A DNA stretch of 63,837 nt, counting the filler, from Octopus bimaculoides (Eukaryota): NCBI RefSeq assembly GCF_001194135.2. It is 8 parts of 6 records of this genome, joined end to end, with 100 filler letters (N's around TTAATTAATTAA, not from the genome) between each part and the next. Parts side by side here need not be neighbours in the genome. Positions count along the whole stretch, not along the records: positions 38,500 to 56,327 come from NC_068989.1; positions 56,428 to 60,337 come from NC_068985.1; positions 60,438 to 62,420 come from NW_026310765.1; positions 62,521 to 63,837 come from NW_026398582.1; 4 more parts are not named here. The stretch is one strand, 5' to 3'. A program made the translations under genes and the position numbers. Positions within the stretch are counted from its first letter, which is position 1. Each line of letters opens with the position of its first letter. The notes under the pieces are model-generated. The model saw only the letters and a program-made list of their open reading frames with translations, was not told the origin of the DNA and did no database searches. Below, piece after piece: positions 54,090 through 63,837 of this stretch.

Positions 54090-54270
54090 TTACATGTTCC
54101 AGTCACAAAAGTGAGGCCAAGCTGGGCATGGCTTTAAAGTCAATGAACTTGACCTAGTACTCATTTTAAAATCTCTTAATTATTCTATTGGCCGGTTTTG
54201 TTAAACCGCTAAGGTACTGGGACGTAAGTAAACCAACACCTGTCGTCAAACAGTTTAAGAGAAAAGCTCG
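54090..54270 (-). mobile_element. Diverged SINE family A 3' half
   Basis: CCGCTAAGGTACTGGGACGTAAGTAAACCAACACCTGTCGTCAAAC matches the reverse complement of the family A core. Confidence 0.68.
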
Positions 54271-54323
54271 AAGACAGACACGTACATACACGCACGTAAT
54301 ATATATATATAGACACACACCAG

Positions 54324-54412
<89 letters not shown>

Positions 54413-55115
54413 CATACACCCCATATAATTATATTATATTATATTATATTATATATATATACATATATGTACATATACATATACATATATATNNNNNNNN
54501 NNNNNNNNNNNNNNNNNNNNNNNNNNNNNNNNNNNNNNNNNNNNNNNNNNNNNNNNNNNNNNNNNNNNNNNNNNNNNNNNNNNNNNNNNNNNNNNNNNNN
54601 NNNNNNNNNNNNNNNNNNNNNNNNNNNNNNNNNNNNNNNNNNNNNNNNNNNNNNNNNNNNNNNNNNNNNNNNNNNNNNNNNNNNNNNNNNNNNNNNNNNN
54701 NNNNNNNNNNNNNNNNNNNNNNNNNNNNNNNNNNNNNNNNNNNNNNNNNNNNNNNNNNNNNNNNNNNNNNNNNNNNNNNNNNNNNNNNNNNNNNNNNNNN
54801 NNNNNNNNNNNNNNNNNNNNNNNNNNNNNNNNNNNNNNNNNNNNNNNNNNNNNNNNNNNNNNNNNNNNNNNNNNNNNNNNNNNNNNNNNNNNNNNNNNNN
54901 NNNNNNNNNNNNNNNNNNNNNNNNNNNNNNNNNNNNNNNNNNNNNNNNNNNNNNNNNNNNNNNNNNNNNNNNNNNNAAAATAATAAGTGGAAATTTTAAC
55001 GGTGAGTGTGTTAAATTTTAAGACACGATAAGAAAATGACTCTCCCCAGACACAACAGAATATGCTTCAACACACGAAATCACATAAAAAATCTTGCAAA
55101 CCAAATCCCAAAACG

Positions 55116-55149
<34 letters not shown>

Positions 55150-56198
55150 TCACTCACAATACATTGGTCGGTCCAGCATTTTCGTGGAAGGCATTTGTCT
55201 AGTGTCCCACATAATGTGCCTGAACTACAAATAACGTGTTTCCATTGCAAACTTAAATCACGCAGCCATTTACGAAGAAAATGTCGCCATCATGAATGTG
55301 CACTGTTATTTTAAATGATTTCGTCAGTTATATATATTCGTATTTTGCCGAAATCATACCTTGTAAACTAATAATCTTCGTAATTAATAGAAGTTAGATA
55401 TAAATTTGTTTAGAAATAATCATTACTGTAGAAGCTTATCACATTTGCTATCAATTTCAGTTTTCATTTCTGTCCAGAACCATCCTATAATGGTATTAGG
55501 ACAGTTATTAGATAATGACTCATGAATGCTATACATATGTACCATACTTTCTTACGAATATACCGTCATGCATGCATACACACATATATACAAACATATA
55601 GTACACCTACTCACCTGTCTGCCTGTCTGTCCATCCAGCTATTTGTCAATCTATCTATTTATACATAATCAGTTTGGTGGCTAGGTTGAAAAGTCAGCTA
55701 TATCATATTATCAGTTTTAGCTAAAATATTGCTTAATATCATATTTATAATCATGAACTGCGTAGCACCAGGAGGCAGGACTGAATAATCCATCATTCTA
55801 ATGCAGTGTATACACGACAAATAAATCCATAACTCCTCAAATTATATTTCCCAGAAAAGTTGAACCCAGTATCTCTGGACTAACGAATAACATCTTCATA
55901 GATTATATGAATCAGCGAGAGAGAATCTCTACCGTGTCGCTTGAATTATGTATCGTAGCTAACGCACACAATCTAAGAAAAAGATGGAAAGGCACATATG
56001 AATAACAAAGTCTTAGATAATTCACAAAAAGCCAGGAGAAGTCCGGATGCACTGCTTTTCATTTGAACGCGGTATTTTGTGAAAAAGCGTATAACTGTGC
56101 TAAGTACTACGCCAAGACATGATGTCTAAATTAGTACTTAAATTAAGTAGCTATTATACTATACCAGTGACCTGCCAGTGGAGTTCATGGTATAGTAT

Positions 56199-56264
<66 letters not shown>

Positions 56265-56265
56265 G

Positions 56266-56320
<55 letters not shown>

Positions 56321-56325
56321 GATCT
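56199..56325. repeat. (CTAT)n-(CTGT)n compound microsatellite
   Basis: Directly visible. Confidence 0.95.
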
Positions 56326-56937
56326 GTNNNNNNNNNNNNNNNNNNNNNNNNNNNNNNNNNNNNNNNNNNNNTTAATTAATTAANNNNNNNNNNNNNNNNN
56401 NNNNNNNNNNNNNNNNNNNNNNNNNNNTATATATATATATATATATATATATGAAAAAAGAAGAAAATGGAGATTTTGAAATTAATAAGAGTTTATTATC
56501 AGTAACAAATCGATCATTATCCCTTACAGCTGTTTCAGTTATATACAATGAAGTTAATTAAATATTAGATTTATATTTCTGAGCATAATCTCTTCAGAAG
56601 TAAAAATATTCCCATAGATGTTATGTATGTTTGTTTGTAAATTTATCGCAGCAGACTGAATGATACTGTTTATGGTTTGTATTTATATGCATTTAGGCGA
56701 GGGGTTTGCAGTTTGGTTGGAGGTAGGATAGATTAGATAAATAGAATTAGAGTAATAAATGAATAAATAAATAGAGATTATAGAGTTAATTACAATATAA
56801 AGTGCAATATAAATAAGGTAAGGATGTAAAGTATCTTTGTAAGTTGTGTATAAAGTTGAGAAAGTTTGTTATATATATATATATATATATATAACATAAT
56901 TACACACATATATACCTACATGCGTTCATATATTCAT

Positions 56938-57055
56938 GAGCGTAGCTCGAAACGTTAAAGACTTTCTCTATTCCCGAGCGTTAACCTAATACATCCTTTT
57001 GTTGTTTACACCACCTGTCCTCGTCTGTTGTTTTTTTCATAAATTCTCCCATATA
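56938..57055 (+). mobile_element. Second copy of the same Penelope-type terminal repeat
   Basis: GAGCGTAGCTCGAAACGTTAAAGACTTTCTCTATTCCCGAGCG...GTAAATTCTCCC-like end, nearly identical to 8319-8435. Confidence 0.62.
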
Positions 57056-57061
57056 TATATA

Positions 57062-57975
57062 CTAGCTGGCGTACTCGGGAAAGCGGGGTTTATTCATTGG
57101 TTCCGTTCTCATAATTGTTTCGTTAATCCAGTAACAACAATACAAAGCATGTAGCCCTTAAAACGGTTTTTGTGCATTTATTGAGAATACTGAACTGTCT
57201 TACACAGGATCTTGTTTATAGGAATTCCTAATAAGTTATGACTACCTAAATTGTGAAATCAGTTATGTAATAACATGAAATTAATTACCCGATAGTAAGA
57301 ATTCAAATAAACTAACCCCGAAAGGGCCTTGATATGTTCCCAGAGTATATAAAACTTAGGAGGAAATACTAATAAGGTATGTAAACTAAAATCGGGAAGC
57401 ATGTTTTGTAATAACAGGCTAATCAGATATGACATATTAACAATTCAAAGTAAATAACTCTGAAAAAAGCTTGTGTGCGTTCGCAGGAATATTACTCTCA
57501 GCGGCGCTAGTGTTGGTATATTCGTGAATAAGTCAGTGACCGAAATAAGTGGATCTATTGTTTAGGAAAATGCTATTTACTTGTTTAAGCGTAGTACTGG
57601 ATAAATTGCGAAAATAACTGAAATAGTTCAAATACTAAGAAATATGTATACTCAATTTGATTTATACGAAATAATTTACGAACATGAATGGGTTATTTCC
57701 CTTGGCTATATATAAGGATCCGTTTTAGGAACGAATGAGTTATTTACCTCGGATTTTTAAAAATAATATATTAGTTATATGTAGTAGATATAAAAATCCC
57801 TTCCAGGGGCCCTATTATTGATTTTTTCAACAATCTAAGTATGTCACTAGTTTTCCAAACACGAGTTCTACACACGTGTCAACTTTCATCAAAATCGATA
57901 AAACGATGTAGGAGGAGTTAGATAACGCCACAAACAAACACACCCACAGATTTCCACAAATGTAGTATATATATA
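57062..57975 (-). mobile_element. Non-autonomous Helitron-like element
   Basis: Minus-strand 3' end is GC-rich and finishes CTAG|T at 57062. The 5' region (57680-57940) is an inverted homologue of 59369-59560. Confidence 0.6.
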
Positions 57976-58058
57976 CATACACACACACATTCACATTTAT
58001 TTACACATACGCACAAATCATCACGTACACACGTCATCATACATACATACATGCACAC

Positions 58059-58800
58059 CAAGGGCCGGATTTAGATCCTTAGAGGCCCTACACACTTAAA
58101 AATTTGGTGCTCCCATACAATTGTAATGAAAAAATAAACAATGATAAACCTGAAAATAACATTTAATTTATCGAAAATTCAAAATTATATAAAGCTATCT
58201 GCATGTAAATAGAAAATGATATTTATATCTAATGATTAAGTTTTCCCTACTTTTCTTCTTAGCAAAGTCTTTGAACAGATCTTCATAAATTAATCTTCCT
58301 CAACTCATCTGCTTCTATTATTAAGAGCGATAAGGCATCTTCCCTGCCTTGTTGCATTGTTGTCCTGAGAGGGTTCTTGATATATTTCAATCGTGAAAAT
58401 AAACGCTCAGCTGAACAATTTGCGATCATTACTGTTAGAAATATACGAAAGGCAATATCCCACTCAATATTGTCTTCCAATGTAATTTTATAAAGTTCAG
58501 CATAATTGAATCTAGTTTTTCTATTTTCTGCTGTTCTGATCTTATGGTGCACATATAAATGAAACAGCTCGAGCTCAGTTGAGAAATGACTATTGAAGCC
58601 CTTGAGGTAAGTATCAATCAGGTTTTGACAGCATTGAGACCAGTTCTCAGCGCTAGTAGATGTTGAAGAGGCATTACATGGTACACCACATAGAAAAGAA
58701 CTTTTCAGCAAAGTTTTTTTTATATCTCCCCTCTTTTTTTCATCTCAGTTGCACGTTTGTCAACAATTCGTAGAAATTTGGTGACACGAAAATTATCTCT
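58059..58800 (-). mobile_element. hAT transposon 3' part with dimerisation domain and one TIR
   Basis: ORF 58711-58283 contains IAFRIFLTVMIANCSAERLFSRLKYIKNPLRTTMQQGREDALSLLIIEADELRKI (hAT dimerisation domain). A CA(A)GGGCCGGATTT terminus lies at 58059. Confidence 0.87.
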
Positions 58801-59294
58801 AGCATTCAGATATACTTTACTAGAAAAAGGTTTTTTTTACTAGAAAAAGGTTTTTTTGCGTTTACAAAAATAAAAATTGTTATAGCAAATAAGATTAATA
58901 TTTTTACCAAAACCATAATTTAAATTTATTATTTTTTTTAAACACTTATGTTGTTTCATGATTATTTTTTATATTTTTTATGTCCCAAATCAGAGATAAA
59001 TTGAATGATGATAATTCTTATTTGAATTGGTGGGCATAAATGATATATGATGCAAACAATTCATATCATTTTAATAGATTAAGCACTAAATATAACAGAT
59101 AAACAGAGCTGAGTGTGCTATAATATTGACATGCGTGACACGTCATGATAATGAAGGCCACTTTGAACCAGCGATAATTTTCAACTAATCTAAGAACTTA
59201 CGAGCTACCTGAGACTTGCACTGATTCAAACGCGTACTACACGTGTTCAAAACTTGTATAACTTCCAATCTGCGACAACAGCATATTTTATTTA

Positions 59295-59850
59295 TCTCTC
59301 TATATAAAAGTGAAGAAAATCGGGTTATAATACCGAAACAAGTAAAGCAAAAAAAACCAAAAAAACTCTGTTTGTTTGTGGCGTTGTTAGCCCACTCCTC
59401 CTACATTGTTTTATTGACTCTGATGAAACTTGACACGTGAGTAGAACTCGTGTCTAGAAACCTAATGATATACTTAGATTGTAGAAAAAATCGATAATAC
59501 TGACCCTGGAAGGGAATTTTATATCTACTTCATATAACTAAATTTTTTTAAACACTCAAGGGAAATAACCCATAGCACCTCTACAATATCTTTTTAAAAC
59601 GCTCAAGGGAAATAACCCATTTCATTGTTTATGTTCGATTACTTTGAATATTGATATTTTGTGTGTTCTATTTCTAATTTTTGCAGACAATATCACTTTT
59701 ATACGTTGACACGTGAGTAGAACTCATGTCTGGAAACCTCGTGACATACTTAGATTGTTGAAAAAAAATCGATCATAGGGCCCTTCAAATGGATCCTTCT
59801 ATTTTATTTAAACAACCCAAGGGAAATAACCCATATTACCTGCAGACTTT
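59295..59850 (+). mobile_element. Non-autonomous Helitron-like element with internal tandem duplication
   Basis: A|TCTCTCTATATAAAAGTGAAG 5' end. The block TTGACACGTGAGTAGAACTC...AAGGGAAATAACCCAT occurs at about 59431-59572 and 59707-59835. Confidence 0.62.
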
Positions 59851-60438
59851 AGCGAAGCGATCAATATTTGATTCTCACAATCAGCCGACCTAATTCTGCA
59901 TTTCTCTACTCACAATTTTGAACTGCTAAACATTATTATTGCACTTCCTTAATTTGAATCTTAAACACTAAAGACTTCATTCATACATTTCTATACATAC
60001 ATACTTTTTTGAATGCCCATTACTCCGATAGTTCTGCATTTTTACAGTTACACTTTTTCCATGAGAGCAGATAAATTTTTTATTCCACGACGTATTTGTA
60101 GTGGCTTCATGCAGGCATAGTTCACTCAGGCTTTTGCTAAGGTTAGCTCCCTCGGAATATATATCAGATATCGATCTTCTGACCGCCTCTACTCCAGGTC
60201 ACGATGGCTACAACCTGAAACAGAAAAAAGGGCATTTAATGAACTTCACAGAAGTTTAAAGTTTTTCATGCATCTTTATGTGTTTGTTTTTTTATTAACC
60301 TTTGAAATCGAGACAACCTTTCTGCCGCACCCTGTATNNNNNNNNNNNNNNNNNNNNNNNNNNNNNNNNNNNNNNNNNNNNTTAATTAATTAANNNNNNN
60401 NNNNNNNNNNNNNNNNNNNNNNNNNNNNNNNNNNNNNA

Positions 60439-60800
60439 GGCATGGTAGAGTATTTCTTAGCTCCTTGCTCCGTCTTGAAATACACCTCCACCGTTCCATA
60501 TTTCTTTCCTCTCATAAACAGCACAACTTCCTCTGTGATTTCCTTCAAACACTTCTCAATCATTTCAGTCTCCGCAATTTCTATTTTCTTGGAGCCGATT
60601 ATTAAAGTTTTATATGTAATAATTTTCTTTTATGCTTCTTCCATCACTTCTTTGGGTGGGTCAACCCGCAAACAGTCTCCCTCCTTCTTCAAATATTTGA
60701 AATGTTTCTTCAAATTTTCCATTTCCACCTTCACCTCTCTCATTCCCATGTCGCTGGTCGACCTGCCGCTGCTAGCTGCAGCTGCGTAGCTGGTAGTCAT
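60439..60800 (-). pseudogene. Paralogous LINE ORF1 5' part with one in-frame stop
   Basis: MTTSYAAAAS...VMEEA*KKIITYKTLIIGSKKIEIAETEMIEKCLKEITEEVVLFMRGKKYGTVEVYFKTEQGAKKYST aligns with KTISYRTYSINKGKIDVVTTEKIEKALRQIWDDITYLARSSTFGTVEVRFRNAAAARK of the 61785 ORF. Confidence 0.68.
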
Positions 60801-61784
60801 ATTAAACCACCTCAGCAATGGCTTTCAACAACAAAACAAGCAACAATATAATAACAGTTCCTCAACAAATTCCTACAACGTATTTCTACTCACGCGCTCC
60901 TTCAAAACATGACACAATAATAGTTCTTAAAACAATTTCAACAGAACGCAAATCAGAGAACTCACCNNNNNNNNNNNNNNNNNNNNNNNNNNNNNNNNNN
61001 NNNNNNNNNNNNNNNNNNNNNNNNNNNNNNNNNNNNNNNNNNNNNNNNNNNNNNNNNNNNNNNNNNNNNNNNNNNNNNNNNNNNNNNNNNNNNNNNNNNN
61101 NNNNNNNNNNNNNNNNNNNNNNNNNNNNNNNNNNNNNNNNNNNNNNNNNNNNNNNNNNNNNNNNNNNNNNNNNNNNNNNNNNNNNNNNNNNNNNNNNNNN
61201 NNNNNNNNNNNNNNNNNNNNNNNNNNNNNNNNNNNNNNNNNNNNNNNNNNNNNNNNNNNNNNNNNNNNNNNNNNNNNNNNNNNNNNNNNNNNNNNNNNNN
61301 NNNNNNNNNNNNNNNNNNNNNNNNNNNNNNNNNNNNNNNNNNNNNNNNNNNNNNNNNNNNNNNNNNNNNNNNNNNNNNNNNNNNNNNNNNNNNNNNNNNN
61401 NNNNNNNNNNNNNNNNNNNNNNNNNNNNNNNNNNNNNNNNNNNNNNNNNNNNNNNNNNNNNNNNNNNNNNNNNNNNNNNNNNNNNNNNNNNNNNNNNNNN
61501 NNNNNNNNNNNNNNNNNNNNNNNNNNNNNNNNNNNNNNNNNNNNNNNNNNNNNNNNNNNNNNNNNNNNNNNNNNNNNNNNNNNNNNNNNNNNNNNNNNNN
61601 NNNNNNNNNNNNNNNNNNNNNNNTATTATTTATTTAAGCTTGCTCTCATAATTATAATGCTTTTTTTATTTTGACTGGTGAATTTTAAAGAATAATTTTT
61701 TGAGCTGCGTAGCAGCGGTTTCAATATTTACGTGTTTTGGTTGTGTTTTCTCTTCTCGTAAGAGAGGAGACAGCCGGTTGAGGA

Positions 61785-62420
61785 ATGTCTGAAGACAGTT
61801 GTTCAAACTTGTCTTCGTCCGAGGAGGAGTTGCGGGAGGCTGTGAAAAGAATGGACCAAAGGCTGACGGCAGGGAACAGGAATTTTGCTGATGCAGCAAG
61901 GTGTAAGGAGACGGAACTGAACATCGGCGAACTAGGAAAGTATGAAAGTGAAATGACACGAGACGGGTTCGAAGTGAAGCTGAAGCCCCGGCAAGAAGTA
62001 AAAGACGGAATAAGGGAGAAAACGATAAGTTATCGAACATATTCGATAAATAAGGGGAAAATCGATGTCGTCACGACAGAGAAAATAGAAAAGGCGTTGA
62101 GGCAGATTTGGGATGATATAACTTACCTGGCTAGAAGTTCCACTTTTGGAACAGTAGAAGTAAGGTTCCGGAATGCAGCAGCAGCAAGGAAACGTGCAGC
62201 TTCAACAATTCGAAGTGAAGAAGTGGTGCTGTTGCCCACGTATAGAGGCAGGAGAGCGACAAGAATCACAGTAGAACCAATCCCACCGGAGAATAATGTG
62301 TTCAGGGTGGCAGATGCGGTCCTCTGTGGTAATGAGGACAACATAGTAGTGCTCCAGACCAAGAAAAAAAACTGCGTTAACTGGAGAGGTCAGCAATTGG
62401 AGATGATAGTCCAAGGGTCA
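61785..62420 (+). mobile_element. L1/Tx1-type LINE ORF1 (RRM-like), open until it enters a gap
   Basis: About 212 uninterrupted codons containing NFADAA, FGTVEVRF..AAAA and RITVEPIPPE, motifs typical of RRM-containing non-LTR ORF1 proteins. Clade assignment is by motif recall only. Confidence 0.62.
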
Positions 62421-62654
62421 NNNNNNNNNNNNNNNNNNNNNNNNNNNNNNNNNNNNNNNNNNNNTTAATTAATTAANNNNNNNNNNNNNNNNNNNNNNNN
62501 NNNNNNNNNNNNNNNNNNNNGATCGGATCAACTGGAACCCTCGACATCATAAATGCCTCATGCTAAGACGGACTCCAAAAGTCCCACTTAGCGTGAGGCA
62601 TTATTATATAGGGAAAAAATGATGGGTTTTTTCTTCCCTTATGAGGTTTTTTTT

Positions 62655-62963
62655 TTACGCTCTAGTACTTATTCTATCGGTCTCTTTTTGCCGAACCGCT
62701 AATTGACGTGGACGTAAACACACCAGCATCGGTTGTCAAGCGATGTTGGAGGGGACAAACACAGACACACAAAGATATACATATATATATATATATATGA
62801 CGGGCTTCTTTTCAGTTTCCGTCTACCGAATCCACTCACAAGGCTTTGGTCGGCCTGAGGCTATAGTAGAAGACATTTGCCCAAGATGCCACGCAATGGG
62901 ATTGAACCCAGAACTATGTGGTTGGTAAGTAAGCTACTTACCACACACCCACTCCTGCGCCTA
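62655..62963 (-). mobile_element. SINE family A
   Basis: Reverse complement starts TAGGCGCAGGAGTGGGTGTGTGGTAAGTAGC with box-B-like GGGTTCAATCCC. Confidence 0.92.
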
Positions 62964-62973
62964 TGTATATATG

Positions 62974-63007
<34 letters not shown>

Positions 63008-63023
63008 TGCATGTATGTACGTA

Positions 63024-63412
63024 TAGGCGTAGGAGTGGCTGTGTGGTAAGTAGCTTGCTTACCAACCACATGGTCCCGGGTTCAGTCCCACTGCGTGGCC
63101 TGAAAGAAGCCCGTCGTATATATGTATATATATATGTATATTTGTATGTGTTTGTGTGTCTGTGTTTGTCCCCCACCCCACCATCGCTTGACAACCGATG
63201 CTGGTGTGTTTATGTCCCCGCAACCTAGCGGTTCGGCAAAAAGAGAGACCGATAGAATAAGTACTAGGCTTCCAAAGAANNNNNNNNNNAGAGACCGATA
63301 GAATAAGTACTAGGCTTCCAAAGAATAAGTTCTGGGGTCGATTTGCTCGACTAAAGGCGGTGCTCCAGCATGGCCACAGTCAAAAGACTGAAACAAGTAA
63401 AAGAGTAAAAGA
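63024..63412 (+). mobile_element. SINE family A with internal deletion of about 75 bp
   Basis: The TAGGCGTAGGAGTGGCTGTGTGGTAAG head jumps from CTGCGTGGC to CTGAAAGAAGCCCG. The tail ends GAAACAAGTAAAAGAG. Confidence 0.92.
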
Positions 63413-63837
63413 GTATGTATGTACGTACGTATTTGTGTACGTACGTTTGTATGTACATATGTAGGTGGGTGGGTACAGTGATGCCATTTAATTCAAGAAC
63501 GCTAGTATAACAATGTAAAAATGGCATTTTTATAAATTCAAGTTGTAAATTGTGAATTCGCATATGCATATCAAAATAGAGAAAATTTCACGTGCTTTAA
63601 TATGGTTTAGAACTTTACATGTGTGTATATATATATATATGTATATATATGTATATATTAAATATATATTTTTTTTAACCAAAAAATTTGGTAAAAAATA
63701 TAGTATCTGTTAACAATCTTAGCAAAAAACTCACAGTTGAGTTTTTGAATATATATCAACTTTAAATAGAGCTCAAAATTGATCCGTTGAAAATACTTTA
63801 TTACAACAACAATAACAATAATAACAATAATATATAT

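Noticed and set aside
55613-55680. Strong minus-strand donor CAG|GTGAGT as another exon of the channel-like gene
   Set aside because: The upstream sequence is a degenerate (AGAC)/(AGAT) microsatellite with no convincing coding frame.
63244-63325. Direct repeat of about 36 bp around a 10-N gap
   Set aside because: Contig-overlap artefact inside a SINE.

Overview
AT-rich, microsatellite- and gap-rich animal genomic DNA. It is most likely from an octopus: this is inferred from the SINE families and repeat landscape, not from a database hit. There are no rRNA, tRNA or CRISPR features, and almost all ORF-track entries are microsatellite or N-gap artefacts. The window is mostly transposon debris: two abundant tRNA-type SINE families (including a same-strand cluster of about 12 copies at 25.2-29.0 kb), Penelope-like fragments with hammerhead-ribozyme motifs, the 5' part of a Helitron RepHel, non-autonomous Helitron-like elements, an R4/Dong LINE, CR1, mariner and hAT relics, and two head-to-head L1/Tx1-type ORF1 paralogues. 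The one credible host-gene signal is the 3' end of a minus-strand gene (exons 53933-53881 and 52075-51877). It encodes a C-terminal coiled coil resembling the tetramerisation coil of EAG/ERG (KCNH) K+ channels and has two competing donors 5 nt apart. I found no clearly supported new biological system. The best leads are that donor/terminal-exon switch, a near-intact dimer-type hammerhead, the divergent ORF1 pair and the SINE cluster.
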